In this document: positions 18,787-28,996 of the stretch, piece by piece
How positions within the stretch are numbered: position 1 is the stretch's first letter
Layout of the letters: each line of letters begins with the position of its first letter
Assembly: GCA_017511805.1 (NCBI GenBank)
Contig: JAFWJA010000015.1
Span: forward strand, 3,098 to 67,097
Direction: 5' to 3'
Origin: Bacilli bacterium
GTDB lineage: Bacteria; Bacillota_I; Bacilli_A; RF39; UBA660
Length of the DNA stretch: 64,000 bases
The notes under the pieces: model-generated
Database searches by the model: none
Seen by the model: only the letters and a program-made list of their open reading frames with translations
What the model was told of the DNA's origin: nothing
Program-made: the position numbers and the translations under genes

Positions 18787-21193
18787 TTTTAAAGAAGTAG
18801 AAAAAAAATGGATAGAGTATTGGGATAAAAATAAAACGTTTAAAACAGATACAACTGATTTTAGTAAACCTAAATATTATGCTTTGGATATGTTTCCATA
18901 TCCATCAGGAGTAGGTTTACATGCAGGACATGTTGAAGGATATACTGCAACTGATATTGTATCTAGAATGAAAAGAATGCAAGGATTTAATGTTCTTCAT
19001 CCAATTGGATATGATTCATTTGGTTTACCAGCAGAACAATTTGCTATTAAAACAGGTAAACATCCAGATGGATTTACTCAAAAGAATATTGAATATTTTA
19101 CAAAGCAATTAAAAACAATTGGTTTATCTTTTGATTGGGATAGATGTTTCTCATCACATGAACCATCATATTATAAATGGACTCAATGGATATTTAAAAG
19201 ATTATATGAAGATGGTATAGCTAAACAAATTGATATGCCTGTTAACTGGTGTGAAGAATTAGGTACAGTTTTAGCTAATGATGAAGTAATTGATGGTAAA
19301 AGTGAAAGAGGAGGATATCCTGTTGTTAGAAAAAATATGGAACAATGGGTTATTGATATGCCTAAGTATGCAGAAGAATTACTATCTGGATTAGATGGAC
19401 TTGATTGGCCTGAATCTACTAAGGAAATGCAAAGAAACTGGATAGGTAAAAGTACTGGTGTAGAAGTAGATTTTGATATAGTAGGTGGAGGTAAATTCTC
19501 TATTTATACTACTTGTATTGAAACTATATATGGTATTACATTTATGGTACTAGCTCCTGAAAGTAAATTAGTTGATGATTTAAAAGACAGAATAACTAAC
19601 TTTGATGAAGTAGAAAAATATAGAGAAGAAACTGCTAAAAAATCTGACTTTGATAGAACAGAAATGAATAAAGATAAAACTGGTGTTAAACTTGAGGGTG
19701 TTATGGCAATTAATCCAGTTAATAATAAAGAAGTACCTATTTATTTAGGAGACTTTGTTTTAGCTAGTTATGGAACTGGTGCAGTTATGGCAGTTCCAAG
19801 TCATGATCAAAGAGATTATGAATATGCTACTAAATATAATATTCCTATGATTCAAGTAATTGATGGAAGAGATACAAAAGAATGTGCATTTGAAAAACAA
19901 GATTATCTTGGTAAAGGATGTAAATTAATTAATAGTGAAGAGTTTACTGGTTTAACTGTAGAAGAAGCTAAAGAAGCTATTACTGAAAAATTAGTTAAAA
20001 TGGGTAAAGGTAGAAAACAAGTTAACTATAGAATAAGAGAATGGATATTTGCTAGACAAAGATATTGGGGTGAACCAATACCAGTAGTTACATTTGAAGA
20101 TGGTACAAAAGAAGCATTAGATGATAGTAAATTACCATTAATATTACCAGAATTAGATGATTATAAAGGAAGAAATGGTAAAGCTCCACTTGAAAGCGCA
20201 ACTGATTGGAAGAATGTTACAATTAATGGTAAAAAAGGTACTCTTGAAACAAGTACTATGCCAGGTAGCGCCGCTTCATCATGGTATTTCTTAAGATATA
20301 TTGATCCACATAATGATAAAGAATTTGCAGATAAAAAGTTAATTGATCACTGGATGCCTGTAGATTTATATGTAGGAGGACCAGAACACGCTGTAGGACA
20401 CTTATTATATTCTAGAATGTGGAATGAATACTTATATGACAAGGGATTAGTAGGAGTAAAAGAACCGTTTCAAAAGTTAGTTCATCAAGGTATGATACTT
20501 GGCGCTAATGGTTTAAAAATGGGTAAAAGATACCCGGAATTTGCAGTAGATCCAATAGATGTTGCAAATGAATATGGTGCAGATACTTTAAGACTTTATG
20601 AAATGTTTATGGGGCCATTAGAAGCTGAAAAACCATGGAGTGAAGAAGGAGTTAATGGTGCTAAGAAATTTATTGATAAAGTTTATAGAATGTATATAGA
20701 TGAATCTAAGATAAAAGATGAAAAGAATACTAACTTAGAAAAAGTATATAATCAAACTGTTAAGAAAGTAACTGAAGATTATGAAAAACTTTCATTTAAT
20801 ACAGCTATATCACAATTAATGATATTCTTAAATGCAGTACAAAAAGAAGAAGTATTCCCTAAAGAATATGCTGAAGGATTTATTAAATTGTTAAATCCAA
20901 TCGCACCTTTTGTAACTGAAGAAATATGGAATAAACTAGGACACAATGATACTATTACTTATGAAGCATGGCCTACATACGATGAATCTAAATTAGTGGA
21001 AGATACATTTGAAATGGTAGTTCAAGTAAATGGTAAAGTAAGAGGTAAAATAGAAGTTGATTCTAATACTTCTGAAGAAGAAATGAAAACTAAAGCTAAA
21101 GAAGTTGAAAATGTTAAGACTTATTTAGATGGACATGAAATAATAAAAGAAATAGTTGTTCCTAAAAAACTAGTTAGTTTTGTTATTAAATAA
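18779..21193 (+). CDS. leuS: leucyl-tRNA synthetase
   Basis: MYNFKEVEKKW...YALDMFPYPSGVGLHAGH (HIGH-class I), KMGKR-like KMSKS region, full-length alignment to bacterial LeuS; track start 18770 is GTG. Confidence 0.95.
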   Translation: MYNFKEVEKKWIEYWDKNKTFKTDTTDFSKPKYYALDMFPYPSGVGLHAGHVEGYTATDIVSRMKRMQGFNVLHPIGYDSFGLPAEQFAIKTGKHPDGFTQKNIEYFTKQLKTIGLSFDWDRCFSSHEPSYYKWTQWIFKRLYEDGIAKQIDMPVNWCEELGTVLANDEVIDGKSERGGYPVVRKNMEQWVIDMPKYAEELLSGLDGLDWPESTKEMQRNWIGKSTGVEVDFDIVGGGKFSIYTTCIETIYGITFMVLAPESKLVDDLKDRITNFDEVEKYREETAKKSDFDRTEMNKDKTGVKLEGVMAINPVNNKEVPIYLGDFVLASYGTGAVMAVPSHDQRDYEYATKYNIPMIQVIDGRDTKECAFEKQDYLGKGCKLINSEEFTGLTVEEAKEAITEKLVKMGKGRKQVNYRIREWIFARQRYWGEPIPVVTFEDGTKEALDDSKLPLILPELDDYKGRNGKAPLESATDWKNVTINGKKGTLETSTMPGSAASSWYFLRYIDPHNDKEFADKKLIDHWMPVDLYVGGPEHAVGHLLYSRMWNEYLYDKGLVGVKEPFQKLVHQGMILGANGLKMGKRYPEFAVDPIDVANEYGADTLRLYEMFMGPLEAEKPWSEEGVNGAKKFIDKVYRMYIDESKIKDEKNTNLEKVYNQTVKKVTEDYEKLSFNTAISQLMIFLNAVQKEEVFPKEYAEGFIKLLNPIAPFVTEEIWNKLGHNDTITYEAWPTYDESKLVEDTFEMVVQVNGKVRGKIEVDSNTSEEEMKTKAKEVENVKTYLDGHEIIKEIVVPKKLVSFVIK

Positions 21194-21195
21194 AA

Positions 21196-21219
21196 AATGT
21201 GAAAATTCACATTTTTTTA
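21196..21219 (+). terminator. rho-independent terminator after leuS
   Basis: AATGTGAA-aa-TTCACATT + T7. Confidence 0.7.
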
Positions 21220-21274
21220 TTTTTTTAGAAGAGTTTTTACTATAAAAAGAGAATATAATCTTTGAGGTGGTATT

Positions 21275-22483
21275 TTGAAAAAGGGGTATATTATTCTTTT
21301 TGTAGTTATTTTATTACTAGTATTAGGTATATTTTTTAATAATAATTCTAGTGAAGATAAAAGTATAAAAAAGGAAACTATTAAAAATAAAACTAACAAA
21401 GAAAAGTTTAGCTATGTAACAAAAGATCATGATAATATAAATGAGTTATTAAAAGAGACTATAGTAGAAGAAGTAAAAGTAATAGATGTATGTGAAAATA
21501 TAAAAACAGGTTTTATTGAAGAAGACGGTAATACATATTATTATGAGAATAATAAAAAAGTAACAGGTCAAAAAGAAATAGAGGGAGATACTTATTATTT
21601 TGATGATAATGGAATAATGCAAAAAGATATAGAGATAGAAAAAGCTTATTATGGACCTGATGGTAAAATGGTTCTAGGAGAATATAATCAGCATTATTAT
21701 ACTAAAATAGGACCTATTAAAGATGATTTTGTTAATGACAAGTATTATGATTTAAATGGTGAATATGTAGAAGGTATTAAAAAAGAAAAAGGAGATATTT
21801 ATTATAATGATTATAAAGGTGTTATTAAATTAAATAATATAAGATATTACTTTGATTTTAAAACAGGTAAACTTGTTAAAAAGAATATTAAATCTGTAAT
21901 AGATATTAGTACATGGCAAGAAGAAATAGATTTTGACTCAGTATTTAATTCTGGTTTAATAGATGCCATAATAGTTAGAATAGGTTTTGGATCTATATCA
22001 GGTGAAGATTGTACACTAGATAATAGATTTGAAAGAAATATTAGTGAAATAAAAAGACTAGGTATACCATATGGAATCTATTTTTATGGATATGCACAAA
22101 ATGAAGAAGCTGCTAGTGTAGAAGCTAACTTTGTAGATAACATAGTAAAAACTTATGAATTAGATCCTGTTTTTCCTATATTTTATGATGCTGAAATATC
22201 TAATTTAAATGGTGTTAATTATACTAAAGCTATGTATAAAAAAGTAATTAATAGATTTATATCTGATTTAAAAGAAAAAGGATATAATAACGTAGGTGTT
22301 TATGGCAATATTAAGATGCTTTCAACTGGAACTTTATCCTTTTTAGATAATGAAATTCCTAAGTGGGTAGCACAGTATAATACTACTTGTGAATATGATA
22401 AAGAGTATGTAGGATGGCAATACACTAGTACTGGTAAAATACCAGGTATAAATACTTATGTAGATTTTAACATTTTTTATTGA
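21275..22483 (+). CDS. membrane-anchored GH25 muramidase, paralogue of 7188-9821 with fewer cell-wall-binding repeats
   Basis: N-terminal TM anchor; C-terminal DISTWQEEIDF...IVRIGFGS...FYDAE GH25 domain ~55% identical to first paralogue; TTG start with GAGGTGG RBS. Confidence 0.75.
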   Translation: MKKGYIILFVVILLLVLGIFFNNNSSEDKSIKKETIKNKTNKEKFSYVTKDHDNINELLKETIVEEVKVIDVCENIKTGFIEEDGNTYYYENNKKVTGQKEIEGDTYYFDDNGIMQKDIEIEKAYYGPDGKMVLGEYNQHYYTKIGPIKDDFVNDKYYDLNGEYVEGIKKEKGDIYYNDYKGVIKLNNIRYYFDFKTGKLVKKNIKSVIDISTWQEEIDFDSVFNSGLIDAIIVRIGFGSISGEDCTLDNRFERNISEIKRLGIPYGIYFYGYAQNEEAASVEANFVDNIVKTYELDPVFPIFYDAEISNLNGVNYTKAMYKKVINRFISDLKEKGYNNVGVYGNIKMLSTGTLSFLDNEIPKWVAQYNTTCEYDKEYVGWQYTSTGKIPGINTYVDFNIFY

Positions 22484-22528
22484 TAAATAATAATATTTTT
22501 GCTATAATCTCATTAGTGTGGTGATTTT

Positions 22529-22858
22529 ATGTATGCATTTTTAAGCATTTTTATGACATCTGGAATAGGTGCCTATATTGTTTATAAAAACAATGGAAAA
22601 GATGGAAAGGCTGCCTTATTATGGTATGTCATTTTAACAGCAGTTACTAATATTATGAGTAATGCTATATTTAAGATTATATATTCATATAATGAAGGTT
22701 TTGAAAGTAAGATAAACTATGATATTTCTTTTTTTACAAAATACTCATTAGTTAACATGTTATTAGCTATTATTATTTCAACAGTATATATATTATTAAG
22801 TAAATCATTAAAGGTTAGTATAACAAATGAAAAAGTTTCTAAAAAAACTAAAAAGTAA
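22529..22858 (+). CDS. small membrane protein, unknown
   Basis: 3 hydrophobic segments; GGTGA RBS. Confidence 0.4.
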   Translation: MYAFLSIFMTSGIGAYIVYKNNGKDGKAALLWYVILTAVTNIMSNAIFKIIYSYNEGFESKINYDISFFTKYSLVNMLLAIIISTVYILLSKSLKVSITNEKVSKKTKK

Positions 22859-24371
22859 GTATATACCTAATTTTATAATAGTTTTATCTATAATTATTAT
22901 ACTAGTTAGTTATTATATTGCTGAACAAATTAATTGTTCATCTTTTGAGCAATTATTATATACAATAAATACTGTTGAGGGGGCAAGTATGCAGCCTGTT
23001 TATGAGGGTGCCGTTTTCGTGTCAGTAAGACTATTCGGTGTTGTTGGTGCTGTATTACTTATTAGATATTTAATAAAAAGAAAATATAAGTTTAAATTGA
23101 ATGATGTATATTTAAATATAAATAAAAGAAGCATAAAAGTATTTCCTTTTAGTAGACTATTTGTATCAATTGTAGTATTGATATTATCACTACTTTATGT
23201 ATTTTTTTCATTCAAATTTAATGAATATATAGATTCTCAATTTAATAAAGCTGAAATATTTGAAAAAGAATATGTTAATCCAAAAGATGTTAATATTACT
23301 TTTCCTGAGAAAAAGAGAAATTTAATATACATTTATGTAGAGTCATTAGAAAATAGTGCAATGTCTATAGAACATGGTGGAGTAGAAAAATCTTCATATA
23401 TACCTAACTTAGAAAAACTTGCATTAGAAAATACTAATTTCTCTAATTTACAAACACTTGGTGGTGGATATGCAACTTATGGATCTACTTGGACTATTGC
23501 TGGTATGATATCACAAAGTGCAGGTATTCCATTAAAAGTATCTGCTAGTAAAGCAAATAGTTATACATCAAATAATTATATGACAGGTGCATATTCATTA
23601 GGTGATGTATTAAGAGATAATGGTTATAGAAACTACTTTATATTAGGTGAAGAATCATCATTTGCAGGAGCAGATGCTTATTATAGACAACATGGTAGCT
23701 ATGAAATATTTGATTATAACTGGGCTAAAAAAGAAGGATTAATACCAGAAGATTATTATGAGTGGTGGGGCTTTGAAGATAGTAAATTATTTGAATTCTC
23801 TAAAGAAAAACTATTAGAAATAAGTCAAAGCGATGAGCCATTCAACTTTGTAATGGAAACTATGGATACTCATTTTATGGATGGTTATGTAGATAAATCA
23901 TGTAAAACAAAGTTCAAAGAAAACTATGCAAATGCATATTATTGTTCTGATCAATTAATTTATGATTTTGTTAAATGGGTTCAAGAACAAGATTTCTATG
24001 AAAATACAACTATTGTTATATCTGGAGACCATTTAACTATGAGAAAAGGATTCTTTGTATCAACAGATACAACATATGAAAGAACAGTTTATAATGTATT
24101 TATTAATCCAGCTATTGAAGCACATTATAATAAAAATAGAAAATTTAATACAATTGATATGTATCCAACTACACTTGCTAGTATAGGTGCAGAAATTGAA
24201 GGAGATAGACTTGGACTTGGTACAAATTTATTCTCTGATAAAAAGACATTAATAGAAAGAACAAGTTTAGATTATGTTGAATCAGAATTATCTAAGACAT
24301 CAGATTTTTATAATGATAAAATATTAATGGATGATTCTAAGGAAGTTAAACAAGAAGAAGAAATAGATTAA
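22827..24371 (+). CDS. LtaS-like sulfatase-family membrane protein (phosphoglycerol/polyol-phosphate transferase family)
   Basis: N-terminal TM helices then extracytoplasmic sulfatase-like domain (YIYVESLEN, METMDTHF motifs) as in LTA synthases. Confidence 0.65.
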   Translation: MKKFLKKLKSKYIPNFIIVLSIIIILVSYYIAEQINCSSFEQLLYTINTVEGASMQPVYEGAVFVSVRLFGVVGAVLLIRYLIKRKYKFKLNDVYLNINKRSIKVFPFSRLFVSIVVLILSLLYVFFSFKFNEYIDSQFNKAEIFEKEYVNPKDVNITFPEKKRNLIYIYVESLENSAMSIEHGGVEKSSYIPNLEKLALENTNFSNLQTLGGGYATYGSTWTIAGMISQSAGIPLKVSASKANSYTSNNYMTGAYSLGDVLRDNGYRNYFILGEESSFAGADAYYRQHGSYEIFDYNWAKKEGLIPEDYYEWWGFEDSKLFEFSKEKLLEISQSDEPFNFVMETMDTHFMDGYVDKSCKTKFKENYANAYYCSDQLIYDFVKWVQEQDFYENTTIVISGDHLTMRKGFFVSTDTTYERTVYNVFINPAIEAHYNKNRKFNTIDMYPTTLASIGAEIEGDRLGLGTNLFSDKKTLIERTSLDYVESELSKTSDFYNDKILMDDSKEVKQEEEID

Positions 24372-24382
24372 AAGGTGGTTCT

Positions 24383-25318
24383 ATGAAAAAAAGTGATAAG
24401 AAAATAGCAGTTTTGATTCCTTGTTATAACGAGAGTAAAACTATAGAAAAAGTTGTTAAAGACTATAAAAAGGTGTTACCGGAAGCAGATATTTATGTTT
24501 ATGATAATAATTCTAGTGATGGTACTGATAAAATAGCGGAAAAAGCTGGTGCTATAGTTAAATATGAATATAAACAAGGAAAAGGTAATGTAATTAGATC
24601 AATGTTTAGAGATATTGATGCAGATTGTTATTTGATGATAGATGGTGATGATACATATCCTGCTGAAAATGCTAGAGAAATGTGTGATTATATTTTAGAA
24701 GGTAAAGCAGATATGGTTATTGGAGATAGATTATCATCTACTTATTTTGAAGAAAATAAAAGACCATTTCATAACTTTGGTAATGTGTTAGTAAGAAAGT
24801 TAATTAATTCTTTATTTAAGAGTAAAGTAAAAGATATAATGACTGGTTATAGAGCATTTAGTTATGAGTTTGTTAAAACTTTTCCAATATTATCAAAAGG
24901 ATTTGAGATAGAAACTGAAATGACTATTCATGCACTTGATAAGAATATGGGATTAAAAGAAATACCAGTTGAATATAGAGATAGACCAGAAGGTAGTGTA
25001 TCTAAGTTAAATACATTTAGTGATGGTATTAAAGTATTAAAAACAATTGCTAGATTATTTAAAGAATATAAACCAAATGTATTCTTTGGATTATTTGGAT
25101 TCTTATTCTTAATAATATCATTAATATTTGGTATACCAGTATTTATAGATTATTTTAAAACTGGATACGTAGAAAGATTTCCAACATTAATCTTCTCTGG
25201 ATTTATGTTAATGATATCAGTATTAAGTTTTGTATGTGGAATAATACTTGAAGTAGTTGTTAAAAAACATAGACAATTATTTGAATATATACTTATTAAT
25301 ACTAGGAGAAATAAATAA
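24383..25318 (+). CDS. GT2 polyprenyl-phosphate sugar transferase (GtrB/CsbB-like) with C-terminal TM helices
   Basis: IAVLIPCYNE...DGDDTYP GT-A motifs, two C-terminal TM segments; AAAGGTGG RBS. Confidence 0.75.
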   Translation: MKKSDKKIAVLIPCYNESKTIEKVVKDYKKVLPEADIYVYDNNSSDGTDKIAEKAGAIVKYEYKQGKGNVIRSMFRDIDADCYLMIDGDDTYPAENAREMCDYILEGKADMVIGDRLSSTYFEENKRPFHNFGNVLVRKLINSLFKSKVKDIMTGYRAFSYEFVKTFPILSKGFEIETEMTIHALDKNMGLKEIPVEYRDRPEGSVSKLNTFSDGIKVLKTIARLFKEYKPNVFFGLFGFLFLIISLIFGIPVFIDYFKTGYVERFPTLIFSGFMLMISVLSFVCGIILEVVVKKHRQLFEYILINTRRNK

Positions 25319-25770
25319 TGAAAAAAGATAGAACTACATTATTATTTGAAAAACTACTTAAAATATTTCATATAAAACTAAAACCTGAAAAAGAAAAATT
25401 ATTCTTACAAATATTTAAATTTCTTTTTGTAGGTGGATTAGCTTTTATTATTGATTACGCTATTTTAATTATATGTAAAGAAGTATTTCATTTAGATGTA
25501 CTATTAAGCGCAGCGATAGCGTTTACTATATCAGTAATAGCTAACTATATATTAAGTGTTACATGGGTATTTGATGTTGACAAAGAAAAGAGTAAGACTA
25601 GAAACTTTATTATATTTATAGTTTTTAGTATTATAGGTCTTGGGTTAACAGAATTAATTATGTGGTTTGGTACAGATATTCTTAATATTAGTTATTTAAT
25701 AGTTAAGATAATAGCAACAGCTATTGTGATGGTATTTAATTTTATTACAAGAAAATTATTTTTAGAATAA
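25318..25770 (+). CDS. GtrA-family small membrane protein (putative glycolipid flippase)
   Basis: 150 aa, 4 TM, FLFVGGLAFIIDYAIL motif typical of GtrA; start overlaps stop of GtrB-like gene. Confidence 0.75.
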   Translation: MKKDRTTLLFEKLLKIFHIKLKPEKEKLFLQIFKFLFVGGLAFIIDYAILIICKEVFHLDVLLSAAIAFTISVIANYILSVTWVFDVDKEKSKTRNFIIFIVFSIIGLGLTELIMWFGTDILNISYLIVKIIATAIVMVFNFITRKLFLE

Positions 25771-25803
25771 AAAAAAGAATAATAGCAATTATTATTCTTT
25801 TTT
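25771..25803. terminator. bidirectional rho-independent terminator between convergent genes
   Basis: A6-AAGAATAATA-gcaat-TATTATTCTT-T5. Confidence 0.6.
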
Positions 25804-27015
25804 CATTTTTCCATTTAATATTGGGAAATAATTATCTATAATATCTATCAGTTTATAAACAAGGAATATTGTCATTAAATTATATAGTATTAAAGATATT
25901 GGGTTAACGAAGTTATATATTCCAAGATTAAATGATTGCATCAACGTTACTGCAATGAAGTCATGTATTATAAATTCCATTCCCACAAAAATAAGAGTGT
26001 GTGTTCCAATTTTTGTTAGTACTTTTGAATTACTTAGTATGTTGCTAAAGAATAATACAGCCATTATTATGACTAGACCTCTAGCTATTACAAAGTTTGA
26101 ATAAATAAATCTATTGTTACTAAATATACTAAAGTTTGATTGATGTAGTAGCAATACTACTGAACATATAACAGCTCCGTATGATATTATTTTTAACGGA
26201 TATCTCTTCTTTTTAGAATTTGAATTTAAACAATCATTGTATTTTAATATAAGAGGGAATATAGCTGCTCCTAATGCATACCAAAATCCATATGTAAAGA
26301 ATGCATTAAAATTAATCCATGAACTAAATGGTATTTTATCAAATATAAAATCTATTCGAGGTAATCCAAGAAATGATGTTTCTCCTAAACATATATTTAA
26401 TAAGAATGTAATTATTACTATAATCCATGGCTTTTTAATTATTTTTGCAAATATCCAATAATATAAAGTAGTTGCAAATAAACCTGGTATAAACCAATAA
26501 TTAGCATTAACTTCACCAGTTTTATGGAATAAAGTATATATATCTTCTAATACTAAATTACCATCTAGTTTTCTTAAAACTATTGATATACTTGCCCATA
26601 TTAATAATGGTATAACAAGTCTAAATAATAGTTTTTTCAAAACGACTAGTAAACTATCTTTTTGCATATGTAGTGCAAAAAAACCAGAAGCCATAAAGAA
26701 TAAAAATATATGGAAACTATAAGCAAAAGGAACTAAATTCTTTGATAACCAGTGACCGGTAAAAATAAATATTATTGCTATAGCTTTAGCAACATCAATA
26801 AAACCAAATCTTCCTTTTTTTTCGTGTTCTAAATAATAACTTACAGTATCTTTTCTCCATAATCTTTTTATAAAGTTTTCATTTTTATCTATCTTTTTTT
26901 TCTTTTTTAGAACATAGTTTTCTTTTAAGTATTGATTTATTTTAGAACTGTCTTCAATTGTTATATCTGCATAATCACTCAGTTCAAAGACAAGCTCGTC
27001 CTTCTTCTTTTCCAT
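25792..27015 (-). CDS. membrane acyltransferase-like protein (acyltransferase_3-like TM domain) with ~75 aa cytoplasmic N-terminal extension
   Basis: Only long minus-strand ORF in the first 59 kb; multiple TM helices with FIFTGHW... motif region. Confidence 0.5.
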   Translation of the reverse strand: MEKKKDELVFELSDYADITIEDSSKINQYLKENYVLKKKKKIDKNENFIKRLWRKDTVSYYLEHEKKGRFGFIDVAKAIAIIFIFTGHWLSKNLVPFAYSFHIFLFFMASGFFALHMQKDSLLVVLKKLLFRLVIPLLIWASISIVLRKLDGNLVLEDIYTLFHKTGEVNANYWFIPGLFATTLYYWIFAKIIKKPWIIVIITFLLNICLGETSFLGLPRIDFIFDKIPFSSWINFNAFFTYGFWYALGAAIFPLILKYNDCLNSNSKKKRYPLKIISYGAVICSVVLLLHQSNFSIFSNNRFIYSNFVIARGLVIIMAVLFFSNILSNSKVLTKIGTHTLIFVGMEFIIHDFIAVTLMQSFNLGIYNFVNPISLILYNLMTIFLVYKLIDIIDNYFPILNGKMKKE

Positions 27016-27126
27016 AAAACCCTCCTGTATTATATATACAATATAGCATTTTTAAAATGAAAAATCAATAAAATTATTTAAATGCAACAAAAAAATTAAT
27101 GAACTCTTTTTTTTTTATATTTTAAA

Positions 27127-27135
27127 TGTTATAAT
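27127..27135 (+). promoter_or_regulatory. extended -10 TGTTATAAT upstream of glycopolymer locus
   Basis: TGnTATAAT 32 nt upstream of ATG 27167 in divergent intergenic region. Confidence 0.35.
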
Positions 27136-27166
27136 ATAACTAGGTTTGTAAATAGGAGAGAAGTAT

Positions 27167-27877
27167 ATGAAAATATTAATGATAATACCAGCATACAACG
27201 AAGAAGAAAATATTTTAAGTACTTATAACAGTATAGTTGAGTACAATAAAAAGAATAAAACTAATTATGATATAGTTGTTATTAATGATGGTTCTAAAGA
27301 TAAAACAGAAGAAATACTAGTTAAGAACAAGATTAATCATATTAAGTTAGTACAAAATTTAGGAATTGGTGGTGCAGTACAAACTGGCTATAAATATGCT
27401 TATGAACATGGGTATGATGTTGCTATTCAATTTGATGGGGATGGACAACATGATGTTAATTATGTAAAAAAAATCGTTGAGCCTATTAAAAATAAAAAAG
27501 CTAATATGGTAATTGGATCAAGATTTGTCGTAGATGATGCAAGTGAATTCAAATCTACTAAATTAAGAAGAGTAGGAATTAATTTAATATCATTTTTTAT
27601 AAAAATAAAAACAAAGAAAAAAATATATGATACAACATCTGGTTTTAGAGCAGTTGATAAGGATATTATAGAATTATTTACAACAGAATATCCTTCTGAA
27701 TATCCAGAACCAATATCTACTGTCAATGTATTAAAAAGAGGTTATAAAGTTGATGAAGTTCCTGTTGAAATGAAACCAAGAACAGGTGGGGTATCTTCTA
27801 TATCAAAATTTAAGAGTATTTATTACATGATAAATGTTATTTTATCGATTATAATAATGAAAGGGAAAAGAAAATGA
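27167..27877 (+). CDS. GT2 glycosyltransferase (dolichyl-phosphate sugar transferase-like)
   Basis: MKILMIIPAYNEEENI...DGDGQHD motifs. Confidence 0.75.
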   Translation: MKILMIIPAYNEEENILSTYNSIVEYNKKNKTNYDIVVINDGSKDKTEEILVKNKINHIKLVQNLGIGGAVQTGYKYAYEHGYDVAIQFDGDGQHDVNYVKKIVEPIKNKKANMVIGSRFVVDDASEFKSTKLRRVGINLISFFIKIKTKKKIYDTTSGFRAVDKDIIELFTTEYPSEYPEPISTVNVLKRGYKVDEVPVEMKPRTGGVSSISKFKSIYYMINVILSIIIMKGKRK

Positions 27878-28212
27878 GCAATACATTAATAATAGCATTA
27901 ATAGTTTTTTCAGTTGTCTGGTTCATAATTATTCTTAGATGTATTAGAAAAGAAACTATTTCAATTAGATATTCTTTAGTTTGGTTTTTAATGGCATTAA
28001 CATTACTATTTGTTGGAGTATTACCTGGAGTAATGGAATGGATAGCAGACGGGTTTGGATTTGAAACTATATCTAATTTTGTAATAGGTATTAGTATAAC
28101 ATTATTAATGATAATTACTTTAGCTTTGACAAAGATAGTTACAACTCAAAAAAATCAAATAAAGATTTTAACTCAAGAAGTGTCTATGTTAAAAAAGAAT
28201 AAGAATAATTAA
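27874..28212 (+). CDS. DUF2304-like small membrane protein (common partner of GT2)
   Basis: 112 aa, 3-4 TM, overlapping start with upstream GT2 gene. Confidence 0.5.
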   Translation: MSNTLIIALIVFSVVWFIIILRCIRKETISIRYSLVWFLMALTLLFVGVLPGVMEWIADGFGFETISNFVIGISITLLMIITLALTKIVTTQKNQIKILTQEVSMLKKNKNN

Positions 28213-28228
28213 TTTATAGGAGTAAAGT

Positions 28229-28984
28229 ATGAATAAAGATTTAAATATTTTTATAGCATGTCATAAACAATGCAAATTACCAAATAATAAATATTATATT
28301 CCTTTACATGTTGGAGCAGAAGGGAAAAAAGATTTAGGATTTACTAAAGATTCAACTGGTGAAAATATTTCTTTAAAAAATCCTAATTACTGTGAATTAA
28401 CAGGTTTATATTGGATGTGGAAGAATTCTAAATCTAAGTATATTGGTTTAGTTCATTATAGAAGATATTTTTTTAGAAAAAGTAAAGAGCATTCAATAGA
28501 TAAAATTATATCTAAAGATGAAGTTCTTAATATTTTAAATGAATATGATGTAATAGTTCCAAAAAAGACTAAGCTTATTGGTTTATCAACAAGAAGTCAA
28601 TTTGCTAAATATCATAATGTAAAAGACTATGATATTTGTAGAGATATTATTGAAGAAAAATATCCAAAATATTTAGACTCTTTTGATAAAGTGTCAAATA
28701 GAAATTATTTTTATGCATTTAATATGTGTATAATGAATAAGAAGAATTTTGATAATTATTGTAAATGGCTATTTGATATTTTATTTGAAGTAGAAAAAAG
28801 AGTTGATATGTCAAATTATACAGATTATGAAAAAAGATTGTTTGGATTTTTATCAGAGAGATTACTTAATGTTTGGTTGGAAGAGAATAATTTAAAATTG
28901 AAAGAATTGGATGTATATAATGTTGAAGATAGTTATTTTAAACAAAGATTAATAAGTATTATTAAAAACATTATAGTTCATTAA
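28229..28984 (+). CDS. DUF4422-family putative glycosyltransferase (galactofuranosyltransferase-associated)
   Basis: N-terminal NIFIACHKQ motif typical of DUF4422; adjacent to glf. Confidence 0.5.
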   Translation: MNKDLNIFIACHKQCKLPNNKYYIPLHVGAEGKKDLGFTKDSTGENISLKNPNYCELTGLYWMWKNSKSKYIGLVHYRRYFFRKSKEHSIDKIISKDEVLNILNEYDVIVPKKTKLIGLSTRSQFAKYHNVKDYDICRDIIEEKYPKYLDSFDKVSNRNYFYAFNMCIMNKKNFDNYCKWLFDILFEVEKRVDMSNYTDYEKRLFGFLSERLLNVWLEENNLKLKELDVYNVEDSYFKQRLISIIKNIIVH

Positions 28985-28996
28985 AAAGGTGATTAG

